A DNA stretch of 64,000 nucleotides from Saprospiraceae bacterium. GTDB lineage: Bacteria > Bacteroidota > Bacteroidia > Chitinophagales > Saprospiraceae. Positions 31,234 to 41,161 of this stretch are shown one piece after another. A program made the position numbers and the translations under genes. Within the stretch, counting starts at the first letter, position 1. Every line of letters starts with the position of its first letter. Location of the stretch: assembly GCA_965215115.1 (NCBI GenBank), contig OZ244050.1, positions 2,062,323-2,126,322 of the forward strand, in the 5' to 3' direction. The notes beneath the pieces are model-generated. The model saw nothing but the letters and a program-made list of their open reading frames with translations. It was not told the DNA's origin and made no database searches.

Positions 31234-33426
31234 ATGGTCGAGCCGGGGAGTTGGCGCAGGCACCGCGTCGTCGCGTTGGTACTCGTCGTCACGTTAGTGG
31301 GCCTCTCGCTGCCGGGCGTCAAGGATGCGCTCGCGGTGAATAACTCGCTGGAGATCTGGTTCGACGGGGACAGTCCGGCGCTGGACGCCTACCGCGTGTA
31401 CCAGGAGCGCTTCGGGAGTGACGAACAGGTGCTCGTGGCCCTCGACCTGGCCGGCGGCGGGATCGACACCGCCGAGGCGCGGCGACTGCGCCAATTGCAC
31501 GCCGCGCTGTTGGCGCTCGACGAGGTGGCGAGCGTGCAGTCGCCGGCCGACCTGGCGATCCCTGAGCGGCGGCTCACGGGGCTGGTCTTCCGGCAACTCC
31601 TCGACAACACACCGGAGCGACAGCTGGTCTTGCTCGAGCGATTTCCGATCATTGAGCAGCAGGTGTTCAGTCCGGGGATGCGCGCGTGTAAGATGGTCGT
31701 GCAGCTCAACGCCGCGCGCGACATCGATGCCGAGCGTGGCGCGATGGTGGGCAAGATTAGGGAAGTCGTGGCCGAGCACTGGCGCGCCGACGTCTACGCG
31801 CTCGGCGGGATTAGCGTCGTGTTCGCGGCGCTTAACGAGCTCACCGAGGCGCAATTCGGGCTGTACGTGCCGATTACCTACGCGGTCATGCTGCTGTTCT
31901 TGTGGGTGGTGGCCCGCAGCTGGCGCGTGTGCGCGATCGCGCTCGCGACGATGACGACGGCCACGGTGCTGAGTCTCGGGGCGTACGGCTGGCTCGGGCA
32001 CGAGCTCAACCTGATGACGGTGCTGATCCCGCTGGTGATCCTGCTGCTGAGCAGTCTGGACCTGATGCACCTGGTCTACGCCTGGAAGAGTCGGCCGGAC
32101 GCAGGTCTCGCGGGCGCCATTGCCCTGGTGTGGCGCCCGGCGCTCTTGACGACGCTCACCACCATGTTGGGGTTTCTGTCGCTGCTGTTTAGCCCGATGG
32201 CTATCTTGCAGGAGTTCGGTTTGTACAGCGCACTCGGCGTGGGTTTGTGTTTGCCGTTGACCTACGTGTTCGCGGCCTGGTTGTGGCCTCGCGCGCCGGC
32301 AGGTGATGCGGTAGAACGTGGAGATCGACGCGGACGCCTGTGGCAAGAATGGGTGGCGAAGCATCGTATTGCCGTCGGAATAGGTTTTGGCGTAAGCCTC
32401 CTCTTCTTTGCCATCGGCATTAGTCAATTGCGCAGCGATACGTATACGCTCGGGTACTTGCCCGAAGATCACCCCGTGGTGCTCGACCACGAGAAGATAC
32501 AGGCGACGTTCGGGGCGTACATTCCGCTCGAATTGCTGGTGCGACCCAGCGGCGGTGGCTCTTTTAAAGACAGTCTTACCTACGGCCAAATGGCCGCCCT
32601 GGCCAGCCAACTCGAAGCGGCGGGTTTCGCGCCGCAGATTGGCTTGCCGCAACTCGTCGACCTCACGGCCCGGCAGTACGGCGCGAAGACCCCCGAGGCG
32701 GTGGCCGGCAAGGCCGCGATCTCGCTGGCGACGCTGAAGACCAACTTCGGACAGTGGCTCGATTTGTACTACGACGAGGAGTCGGAAACGGCGCGCCTCA
32801 CCGTCTTCGGCGAGATGATGTCGGCAGGTAAGTTGGGCGATAACATCGGCGAGATACGGACCCTCAGCGCCGGTGCGCCCGTGACGGTGCAGCCCGCCGG
32901 CTACCTGCCGCTGTACGCGCAACTCGTGCCCTACGCCACGGAGAGCCAGGTGGTCTCGCTCGCGATGGCGGCCCTGCTGATCGGCGTCCTGCTGTGGGTT
33001 TACTTCCGGTCCTTTGCACAGATGATCGTCGTGTTGGCCACGCAGATATTTCCGCTCGCCGGCATGTTCGGGCTGATGGGCTGGTTCGGCATCGAACTCG
33101 ACATCGCCACGGCGAGTATTGCCTGTATTGGACTGAGTTATTGCGTCGATGACAGTATCCATTTTGCGTTGGGGTATCGGCGGCACCGTCGCGGTGGGGC
33201 GAGTCACGAGGAAAGTATGGTGAGCACCTTGTCGCACACGGGGCACGCGATCGTGCTGTCGAGTTTCATGCTGATGCTGGGCTTTGCCTGCATGTTGTTC
33301 TCTCCGCTGAAGACCGTATATCTCTTCGGGTTACTAAGCTGCATCATGGTGGCGCTCGCCCTCGTGTCGCAACTGCTGTTGTTCGGCTTTCTGCAACGAA
33401 GCATCAGCGCCGTCCAGCAGTCCTAA
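31234..33426 (+). CDS. MMPL/RND-superfamily transporter
   Basis: 730 aa with two 5-6 TM bundles separated by periplasmic domains, typical of MMPL/sterol-sensing-domain exporters. Confidence 0.8.
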   Translation: MVEPGSWRRHRVVALVLVVTLVGLSLPGVKDALAVNNSLEIWFDGDSPALDAYRVYQERFGSDEQVLVALDLAGGGIDTAEARRLRQLHAALLALDEVASVQSPADLAIPERRLTGLVFRQLLDNTPERQLVLLERFPIIEQQVFSPGMRACKMVVQLNAARDIDAERGAMVGKIREVVAEHWRADVYALGGISVVFAALNELTEAQFGLYVPITYAVMLLFLWVVARSWRVCAIALATMTTATVLSLGAYGWLGHELNLMTVLIPLVILLLSSLDLMHLVYAWKSRPDAGLAGAIALVWRPALLTTLTTMLGFLSLLFSPMAILQEFGLYSALGVGLCLPLTYVFAAWLWPRAPAGDAVERGDRRGRLWQEWVAKHRIAVGIGFGVSLLFFAIGISQLRSDTYTLGYLPEDHPVVLDHEKIQATFGAYIPLELLVRPSGGGSFKDSLTYGQMAALASQLEAAGFAPQIGLPQLVDLTARQYGAKTPEAVAGKAAISLATLKTNFGQWLDLYYDEESETARLTVFGEMMSAGKLGDNIGEIRTLSAGAPVTVQPAGYLPLYAQLVPYATESQVVSLAMAALLIGVLLWVYFRSFAQMIVVLATQIFPLAGMFGLMGWFGIELDIATASIACIGLSYCVDDSIHFALGYRRHRRGGASHEESMVSTLSHTGHAIVLSSFMLMLGFACMLFSPLKTVYLFGLLSCIMVALALVSQLLLFGFLQRSISAVQQS

Positions 33427-34561
33427 GTGCATTCCAATCGCGGCGTAACCCCGGAACACCCTCGGTAAGAATGGATACGGTGCCACCGCGTGCGCCATGC
33501 TGTACATGCCGAGCCGGTGCCAGCCGAAGGCGTACCAGGCGAGGCGCAGGGATTGTTGCCAGCAGCCCTCGTCGCGCCAGGCGGGCCAGTCCGACATAAG
33601 CTGCGCGCGGTAGTGTGACAGGTAATCGCCGGTCCGTGCGTAGCGCTCCTCGGTGAGGACGAAGCTGAGCAACTCGATGACATCGTAAACGGGCACGTGC
33701 TCGCTCGCCAATTCCCAGTCGTAAAGGCAGAAGCTGCCGTCTGCGCGGAAGCAAGCATTACGTGGGATTGGCGTCGTTGTGGATTAAGGTCTTGGGCAGC
33801 GTGGCGAATTGTGCCTGGAGATCTTTTATCCGGTTTAAACCGTCGTTTAAAGCATCGTAGAGTGAGGCGGTGTAAGCTTCGGGAAAGTGCGCGCGTCCGC
33901 TTTCGACTAAGGCGTGCCACAGCGGGGCTTGTTGCTGCCAGTAATTCGGGTAATCGGTGTCTCGCCAGGCCAATACGTCTAGATTGTTTCGTTCAGCTTC
34001 CGCAAAAACGTGCCACGCCGCCATATCCGACAAGGCCCTTGTGATGTGTTGATCCGACCAGGCATCTACGTCCATGACGGAGTTGAGCAGGGCGTGTTCG
34101 CTCAGGTCTTCGATCAGCAACTCGTAGATGTCCTGGGTGGGGTCGAGGCGGTAGCCGGCGAGGGTAGGCTGAACAGGGTGTCCGAGCTTGCGGTAAACCT
34201 CGATCTCGCGCAAGTGCGTATTCGCGAAACCGGTTGTTTGGCTGTAATCCACGTAGACCTTCCCGAGCGCCGGATCGCAGGCCTCGGCGAGTCCGGCGAG
34301 CATGGCGGCGATCTCCGCGCCCGGCGGTTTTACCTTGAGTACCCACCGGTCCCGCCTGCGCTCGTCGCCGAGTTGCCAGTCGACCAGGAGGCCGAAGTGA
34401 CCGATGCGGCGCGCGGTCTGCTGCGCGGTGAGCGTCACGAGGATGCTGGCGGAGTTATCGATGTCGTAGGGCTCGACGGTGTGGACGACGACGGTTGGGC
34501 CGTGGACGGAGGAGAGGAGTTGTTGGAGGTGGTGTGTTCCGAGGAAAGCTGGGTCGTTCAT
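33334..34561 (-). pseudogene. APH/choline-kinase-like phosphotransferase with an apparent +1 frameshift at ~33765
   Basis: ORF 33758..34561 ends LIHNDANPT*. The next frame continues NACFRADGSFCLYDWELASEHVPVYDV (HxDxxxxN ... DWE kinase motifs) into ORF 33334..33711. Confidence 0.7.
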
Positions 34562-34569
34562 GAGCGAGG

Positions 34570-35670
34570 TTATTGGCAGTTTGCGGGGACACAGGCCGTA
34601 TCAAACACATGCAGCGCATCAAAATAAAAGCAGTCTTCTTGCGCGCTCAATTCCGCGGAGCGATCGGCCAGGTAGGACGGCAGCGCCTGGAGGGCGGCGC
34701 CCTGGTCGACGAGCAGGTTCCAGTAGACGAAGCGCATGTCGGGGCGCTGCAGCAAGCCGGAGACGGTCTCGGCGAAGACCGCCGAACTGGTGTACTCGAA
34801 GATGTTAGAGAGGCTTGCCTTAGTGACGTGCGCGCCGGCGGCACTTTCGATAAAGTCGATGGCCTCCCCGACGACGCATTCGAGCTTATGGAATTGCCGC
34901 CCGAGTCGCTCGTAATGCTCGGCGCGGTAGCACGGCGGCCGTAGGTGTTGCGGCATGTCGGCCGGGCCGTAGAAGAAGAATCGAGAGATAAAACTGTCGC
35001 CGAGCAAGTGGCTCTCGAGGTAGGCGCTCAATCTCTCGTAAAAGCGATCGCCGCCCGTCTCTTGCGTGTACTTAAACAGCGCCGGGTCGCGCCCGTTGCT
35101 GAGTTGCTGGCGACTAAAGTACTCGACGAAGACCTCCTCGAAATCGGTAGTCTGTAACTGCTTCCAGATCTCCTGTTGCCGTGCGATCGTCTTGGCGTCG
35201 AACAGGGCGTCCATCTGCGCGCGCTGCCGTTCGCTGAGCGTGCGGTAGAACTGGCAGATGTACTGTTCCAATCGCCCGGCCAGGAGCAATCCCGCGGGGT
35301 GCTCGGCGAAGATCGGCGCCCACAGCGCTCGCTGCTCATCGTCGAGCCCCCCCAGCACCCGCGTACTTGCCCGGGCCATGCCCACCGCCCCATCGAAGCC
35401 GAGCAAACCGCTGTACACCTCGTACGGACACTCGCGGATCACCTTCACCTTGAGTCGGAGTAACTCGATCTGCAGCGGGTTGAGGTCGACCGCCCAGACG
35501 CGTCTGCAGGGTTGCAGCAGGGCGTTGAGCACGTTGCAGCCCCCCGAGCAGATCACGAGGACCTCGTCGTCGGCGGTCGGCCGCAGGGCGTTGACGACAC
35601 TTGCGGCGCCCTCCCAGACCATCGAGTAGCGGATCTGGTCGAAGGACAATTTGCTGAATTCAGTTTCCAT
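34570..35670 (-). CDS. DUF3419 / BtaA-like SAM-dependent protein
   Basis: 366 aa. The N-terminus FDQIRYSMVWEGAASVVNAL...VLVICSGGCNVLNALL...VWAVDLNPLQ is typical of DUF3419. Confidence 0.75.
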   Translation of the reverse strand: METEFSKLSFDQIRYSMVWEGAASVVNALRPTADDEVLVICSGGCNVLNALLQPCRRVWAVDLNPLQIELLRLKVKVIRECPYEVYSGLLGFDGAVGMARASTRVLGGLDDEQRALWAPIFAEHPAGLLLAGRLEQYICQFYRTLSERQRAQMDALFDAKTIARQQEIWKQLQTTDFEEVFVEYFSRQQLSNGRDPALFKYTQETGGDRFYERLSAYLESHLLGDSFISRFFFYGPADMPQHLRPPCYRAEHYERLGRQFHKLECVVGEAIDFIESAAGAHVTKASLSNIFEYTSSAVFAETVSGLLQRPDMRFVYWNLLVDQGAALQALPSYLADRSAELSAQEDCFYFDALHVFDTACVPANCQ

Positions 35671-37072
35671 AATCGATTCGGTGGTACAGTATTTTGCTGT
35701 GGTGACGGGCGTCTAAAGGGAGTTGGGCTTTTTTATAAACTCGTATCTGTTGAATTTCGGGAAAGGCGCGTCTGGTGGCACTCTCGATTGACGCCTTCGC
35801 GGCCGTTCCGCAATAGGCGATTTGTATGCCATCGCGTGCGGTTTTCACGGCAACGTGTTCGACGCCCGCTTCGCTGCGGAGCAGGTGCTCAATCTGGTAG
35901 TGTTGGTAGCCGGCGCAGGGCACCGTGTTACCGGTGCGCGCGGTGAGGTAGAGCTGCCCGTCGCGTAGGTACCCGTTGTCGCCGGTGCCGTGCCACGCGT
36001 CTTTCGTGAGGACGTGAGGGCCGGAGACGAAGATCTCTCCCGCCTCGCGCCATTCCCCGTTTCCGCGGACCGCGACGCGATTGCGGATCTCTAATCCGGA
36101 CAGGCACGTGACGGGTTGTCCGACGCAGTAGCCGAGGCGCGGGTCCTGGGTTTTGGCGTAAGCCCGCACGGCGATGGGCTCGGCCTCCGTGGCGCCGTAG
36201 ATGACGTACAGCGTCGCGTTCGGGAACGTGAACTGCATACGCGCGAGCAAGGCTTCCGGGACCGGCGCACCCCCGATGCCGCAAGCCTGCACGTCCGGGT
36301 AAGGCGCCTCGTCGAGCGTGAGGATGCGATTGAACACGTAGGGATTGCCGGTGACGCTACTGACGCCCCCTTTACGCCAATCGGTACTCAACTGGCGGTA
36401 ATCGATATCGAGTAATCCTTTGCTCAAATCGGCAGGCAATTGACTCGCCGTACCCGTGGCCAGTTGGTGGAGTAGCACGTTGGCGAACACCGAACTGTCG
36501 AGTTGTCCGGCGAAAGGCGGGAAGCACTGCTTGAGGCAAGTGTGCTGTGCGAGCAGCAGCCGGTGACTGCGCAGTAGGATCTTTGGCGCGCCCGTGCTGC
36601 CCGAACTGAGGCTAATGAGCGCGGCCTGATCGCCGGTGAGGTCTACGGTGGTGGGCATCTCGTCTACCTCCTGGGTCGTGAGTCGCAGGACGCGGACGCG
36701 CATCGCCCACAGCAGTATCCGCAGGGCGAGCGGCGCGCCGTCGACGAGCACCACGCCTCCGAAATCAGCCCGTTTGCGCCACTGCCGCAGCACCGCGAAC
36801 CACTGTCCGGCGGGCGGGACGAGGAGGCTTGCGCCAAAACCCATGAGCGCGAGCAAGGCCATGAGCCGGGGTGCGCTGAGGGCCTGGAGGGGGATGAAGG
36901 CCTTGGTGTTTAGGTTGCGGTGACCCGAGAGCTGTTGCGTGAAACCGGTGGCGACGCGGAGGAGGTGATCGGCCGTCCATTCCTCCATTCGGCCGCCCAC
37001 GGGCCAGCGCAGCAGGACGCGCTGGTCGGCGGCGCGCATGCCGGAGAAGATGGTTTGGGCGAAGTTGGGCAT
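35660..37072 (-). CDS. AMP-dependent synthetase/ligase (adenylate-forming enzyme)
   Basis: 471 aa from the internal ATG (MPNFAQTIF). AMP-binding motif LSSGSTGAPKILLRSH. The longer ORF to 37240 runs into a palindrome and is unlikely. Confidence 0.8.
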   Translation of the reverse strand: MPNFAQTIFSGMRAADQRVLLRWPVGGRMEEWTADHLLRVATGFTQQLSGHRNLNTKAFIPLQALSAPRLMALLALMGFGASLLVPPAGQWFAVLRQWRKRADFGGVVLVDGAPLALRILLWAMRVRVLRLTTQEVDEMPTTVDLTGDQAALISLSSGSTGAPKILLRSHRLLLAQHTCLKQCFPPFAGQLDSSVFANVLLHQLATGTASQLPADLSKGLLDIDYRQLSTDWRKGGVSSVTGNPYVFNRILTLDEAPYPDVQACGIGGAPVPEALLARMQFTFPNATLYVIYGATEAEPIAVRAYAKTQDPRLGYCVGQPVTCLSGLEIRNRVAVRGNGEWREAGEIFVSGPHVLTKDAWHGTGDNGYLRDGQLYLTARTGNTVPCAGYQHYQIEHLLRSEAGVEHVAVKTARDGIQIAYCGTAAKASIESATRRAFPEIQQIRVYKKAQLPLDARHHSKILYHRIDYGN

Positions 37073-37190
37073 CGGGGGCGGGGTGGGGCTGCTGGTGCGG
37101 TAGCAAAGGTGGGCGGCGGTAGGGGCGCCCGCGTTGCAGATTGCGCAACTTCGGCGCGGGGGAGTTGCGGGGAGTGGGAATGGGGGGCGC

Positions 37191-37242
37191 GTTTGGCTCG
37201 CTCCGCGAGTGAGAGTAGCGCCACTCGCGGAGCGAGCCAAAC
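37191..37242. repeat. Perfect 21-bp inverted repeat with a 10-nt loop
   Basis: GTTTGGCTCGCTCCGCGAGTG (37191-37211) / CACTCGCGGAGCGAGCCAAAC (37222-37242). 25 nt of the right arm recur at 60818-60842. Confidence 0.9.
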
Positions 37243-37400
37243 GGCGCTAGGCTTCCGATCCGCTACGCCAATTTTGACGCCTCCCGATGGGCATGTACGT
37301 AAAACGTGTCGACTGGATCGACATATGCGCGCGACGTGTCGATTGGAGAGGCATTTGATTGACACGTCCTCAAAATGTATAGATTGGATCGACGTGACAT

Positions 37401-39143
37401 TCAAGCGTCCGCGCCCGTAAGCCCCGCCACCCAAACCCACCCCAGCACCGGCCACAATCCCCGATCCTCGCCCACGGGCAGCGCCGACCAGTCCAGCACC
37501 CAATCTCGCGGCAGCGCTGGACAGTTTTCGCGTAAGCTGCGCGCCAGGAGGCCCGGCTGCCGGTAGTAGTAACGCAGTAAAGTTTCGTCGTCGAGCGTAG
37601 CGTCGAGCGTCGGCAGCGGTCGGGTGAGGCCTGCAAGTTTTGCCGAAAGGCGCTCATCTATCGCCGCAAGTACGGCCGCTTTAGTCTCCGGCGGCACGGC
37701 GTCGGGAGCGTAATAGATAAACGGTTCGATCACCTTCCCGCTGCTAGAATATTCTATTTTCACGAAGGTGTCCGGGTGATGCCAATCGCCACTATAGTCG
37801 GATTGCGAAGCCGCCTCGCCTGCGTCTTCCTCGATGGCGTAAAAGCCGGGCGGCAAGGCGCCCGCGTCACTCGGCAAATCAAGCGTCTCCCGCTCGCGGG
37901 GTGCCACCGGCGGCATCACCCGCGCCGGCAGGGGCGGCGGCAGGACCTGCGGGAGGAAGCCGTACTCGTAGTCGAGTTCGAGCGAGCTGCGGGAGACGCG
38001 GTCGAGCGGCCACGCGGGCGTATCCAGGAAGTCGGGTTGGCCATCCGGCGCAAGTGCGGTAACATCCGCTAGGTCGAGTGGCCGCGCCGACCACTCGTGA
38101 ATCAGACGATCGTCGCGCCCCTGGATCGGTCCGAAACCCGGCGGCTGCGGGGCGGGCACGGCGACGCAAACGGCGAAGCGGAAAAGGTTGGGCGCGTCGT
38201 CGCCGAGCTGGCCCGGCTGCGCCCGGTAATCGATGACCCAGGCGCGCAAGGGGTGGCGCTGGCTGCCGACCGGCCCCAGGAAATCGCGCAGCAGTCGCTC
38301 GCCGTCGGCGCGCATCAGGTAGCCCACCTTCACCGAGCCGGCCGTCCACACGCTCACGAAGTCGGTCCAGTGGCGGTCGCGGTGCTCGTCGTCGTACTGG
38401 CGCTCGTGCACGAGGTAGGCGACCTGCCCGCTGTGCAGGAGTGGCGCCCCGGTGTCGTCGCCGCTGGCGAAATTGCCCCCGCCGCCGCCTTCGTAGGTCC
38501 CGAGCCAGGTCCAGCCCCAGGGGAGTTGCGTGGGGGACGGTTCGGCTTGCGCCAAAACCCGCCGCAGCGCCTCCGGGGCCAGCGTGAGCGCCGAACCGGA
38601 GTGCGCGAGGTAAGGTCGGTAGTCGTGCTCGCCGGGCTGCGGAGCGTACGCGGCATTCGCGAACACCTGCGCGAGCGCGCTCGGCCAGGGCCGCAGGTCG
38701 GGATGCCGAATGTCGAGGCGGCGCCAATCGTCGAAGGCGCGGGGCCAGGGGGTGCCGACGTGGACGGTGAGGTTGACGTAGCGCCCGCGCGGGCTGCCCT
38801 CGAGCTCGATCGCGGCCGTGAGCGGGGTCGTTGGCGCGAGCACGCGACAGGCCTCGGCGTAGGCGCGGAAAGCCGCGGCCTCTTCGCTGGGCAGGTACCC
38901 GATCCGCAGGCCGAGCCAGTACACGGCCACGGCATTGCGGTCGTGCGCGTTGTCGGGTTCGGCCACGAGCACGGCCGCGGCCCGACCGTTTTGCGGAAGC
39001 GCCTCCCACTCCCGCGGCCCCTCGTTGTGCTGCCACCCGCGCAGCGGCATCCGCCAGAAGCTGTGGTCGTGATCGCCGGCGTCGAGGCGCGTGAGGATGC
39101 GCGCGGGCGGGATGGAGGTGGGGACGTAGTCGGGGGTGTGCAT
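37401..39143 (-). CDS. HIRAN-domain protein (probably two HIRAN-like modules plus an unknown C-terminal region)
   Basis: 580 aa. AAVLVAEPDNAHDRNAVAVYWLGLRIGYLPSEEA fits the HIRAN core. A second, similar block lies near residue 250 (VSVWTAGSVKVGYLMRADGERL). Confidence 0.55.
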   Translation of the reverse strand: MHTPDYVPTSIPPARILTRLDAGDHDHSFWRMPLRGWQHNEGPREWEALPQNGRAAAVLVAEPDNAHDRNAVAVYWLGLRIGYLPSEEAAAFRAYAEACRVLAPTTPLTAAIELEGSPRGRYVNLTVHVGTPWPRAFDDWRRLDIRHPDLRPWPSALAQVFANAAYAPQPGEHDYRPYLAHSGSALTLAPEALRRVLAQAEPSPTQLPWGWTWLGTYEGGGGGNFASGDDTGAPLLHSGQVAYLVHERQYDDEHRDRHWTDFVSVWTAGSVKVGYLMRADGERLLRDFLGPVGSQRHPLRAWVIDYRAQPGQLGDDAPNLFRFAVCVAVPAPQPPGFGPIQGRDDRLIHEWSARPLDLADVTALAPDGQPDFLDTPAWPLDRVSRSSLELDYEYGFLPQVLPPPLPARVMPPVAPRERETLDLPSDAGALPPGFYAIEEDAGEAASQSDYSGDWHHPDTFVKIEYSSSGKVIEPFIYYAPDAVPPETKAAVLAAIDERLSAKLAGLTRPLPTLDATLDDETLLRYYYRQPGLLARSLRENCPALPRDWVLDWSALPVGEDRGLWPVLGWVWVAGLTGADA

Positions 39144-39490
39144 GGGGTGGCGTAGGCTCGGGCTATCTCGGCTTTCGCCAAAACAAGCTCTTCCGTCGCA
39201 TACGCCGCGCGGGGAACTTGCGCGGGTGAGTCCGTTAGCCGAAAATCAATCGCTGTGCCCGGGCGACTTCGCCGCGCGGGTAGTCCTCGCCGATTATGAG
39301 GCGCACGCTTTCAGCAGCTGAGTTACCTCTCCGCGGGTGGCGCCGTGGTGGGAATGGAAGCCCGCGAGGATATAGGGCGGGCGGGGGGATGTTGTGTACG
39401 GCTATTCTTATGATCGATAGGCTCAGGCTACCAATTGCGTTGAGTGCTCAGACCGCCTAATTTTCGAGACATCCACACTCCGAAACGCAC

Positions 39491-40558
39491 GTGACAAACG
39501 CCCCCGCCACCTTCCTCCACCGCATATCCTATGAGTCCGCTGCTTCAGAGGCGCTGCTTGCCGCGAACTACCTGCCCGTCGGACATGGCCAACTTGGCGC
39601 AGCCGCCTACTTGGCAGACGCCGACGATTGGACCGCCTTCGAAACAGTATATCGCGAGACGTACAGCGGCGCCATTGATCGGCAGCGGCATCAGCTCTGG
39701 CGCTACCTCGTCGGGATGCAGCGCCGCAGTCGGGTAGTTGTCCCGAGGCGCGGGTCGCTCGACGTTTACGAGATCATTGGAGAGGTGGCACTCCCGCGGG
39801 CGCAATGGCCAGCCGAACTCGAGGCCCTGGTCGCCTCGTCGGCCGGTGAGGATGTTGACCTCGGCTACGTCTGGCACGTGAAGCTCGTCGAGTCCAGTAT
39901 CGATCGCGCGACCCACATCACCGACGATGTACGTCGCAGGCTAAAGTTCCGTGGAACGACGGCCGACATTTCTGATCTCTCGGAGGCCGTCGAGCAGGGC
40001 ATACAGAACAAGCGGAACAATGTGACCGTCGGCCTCAGCCAAAGCACGGTAGATCACTTAGTAGAGTTGCTCGCCAAGGCCTTCGATAGTGGACTCTCCG
40101 ACATAGCTTTCGAAGAACTCATCGAGCGATACTTCAGGGCCATAGGCGCGGACCAAGACCCGGAGGCGACCAAAGTCTACTCCAAGCGTGACAAGTACGG
40201 GGGCACCGAGAAGAGTGGGGACATCGATGTCATCGCCACGTTTTCGCGGTTGCGCACGAAGTACGTCGTGCAGGCGAAGAAGCATTCCGCTAAGACGGAC
40301 GCGACAGCCGTTGCTCAAATTCGGTCATATTTGAGAAGCCCTGAGGCGGAAGGCTTTCGACAGGAGATCGATAAGGAGGACTTTGCTTTCACGCTCGTGC
40401 CTTGGGTAATATCAACGGGTGATGGGTTTAGCCCAGACGCTATAAAGTCAGCAGCGCTAGGGCTCGGAACCGACAGTCAAGATATGATCCGCGTACACCT
40501 GATCGACGGGAAGGCCTTCGCTAGGATGTTGCTGGAGGCTGGGGTCGGGGTGCTGTAA
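39491..40558 (+). CDS. Mrr-like restriction endonuclease with an unassigned ~190-aa N-terminal domain
   Basis: 355 aa, GTG start. C-terminal Mrr_cat-type PD-(D/E)xK pattern (FEELIERYF...GDIDVIATFSRLRTKYVVQAKKH). Confidence 0.65.
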   Translation: MTNAPATFLHRISYESAASEALLAANYLPVGHGQLGAAAYLADADDWTAFETVYRETYSGAIDRQRHQLWRYLVGMQRRSRVVVPRRGSLDVYEIIGEVALPRAQWPAELEALVASSAGEDVDLGYVWHVKLVESSIDRATHITDDVRRRLKFRGTTADISDLSEAVEQGIQNKRNNVTVGLSQSTVDHLVELLAKAFDSGLSDIAFEELIERYFRAIGADQDPEATKVYSKRDKYGGTEKSGDIDVIATFSRLRTKYVVQAKKHSAKTDATAVAQIRSYLRSPEAEGFRQEIDKEDFAFTLVPWVISTGDGFSPDAIKSAALGLGTDSQDMIRVHLIDGKAFARMLLEAGVGVL

Positions 40559-40700
40559 ATAGGTTTTCAACCTATTGAACACCGCGTGATCGTAACATAG
40601 AAAACAATTGAAATCAGCCATCGAATGATCGAAGTAGTTTAGCCTGGTTTACGAAGAAACCAAATATTTTTACTTGATGGGCCATCATACAACGCTACAA

Positions 40701-40994
40701 CTAACTTCTTCTCATTCTCTCCCCTAGCCAGGCCATGGTGTCGCCGAAGACCTTGGCGTGTGCCTCGTGTTTGAGTTGCGTCGTCAAGATCTCTCGGTCG
40801 TCCCCGAGTTGCCGGCGCTCGAATTCGATTAAGTCGATGTCATCGTAATGCATCGTCACCAACCTAACATAATGATCAGCGAGGGCGTGGGGCGGCATGT
40901 CGTCGCTAACGCAAAACAAGTTAGTCTTGCGGTGGTCAACCTTAGCCGGGACTTCGCTTACGTGCACGATATTCTTGCTTCTGAATCCAAACAT
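40701..40994 (-). CDS. Hypothetical small protein
   Basis: 97-aa ORF in a lower-GC stretch. No similarity recognised. Confidence 0.3.
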   Translation of the reverse strand: MFGFRSKNIVHVSEVPAKVDHRKTNLFCVSDDMPPHALADHYVRLVTMHYDDIDLIEFERRQLGDDREILTTQLKHEAHAKVFGDTMAWLGERMRRS

Positions 40995-41161
40995 ACCTGA
41001 ACATTTATGGTGTGGACCTATTTATTGTAAGCTCTTCAGTCAATACGCTTGTCGCGTCTTATATGTTACGATTATAAAAAAATATCCGGATTGGCTTACC
41101 TAGTGGCCATAATCTGCACGTGCAGAACGCTTCGGGCCTCCCGCCCCGTACCTTGCCTCTC

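Noticed and set aside
35660-37240. Long N-terminal extensions of several ORFs (35660..37240, 59866..60765, 60842..61840, 30337..31263, 9402..9767, 41120..41668)
   Set aside because: The extensions are low-complexity, run through intergenic repeats or palindromes, or overlap divergent genes. Internal ATGs give N-termini that match the family or a sensible architecture.
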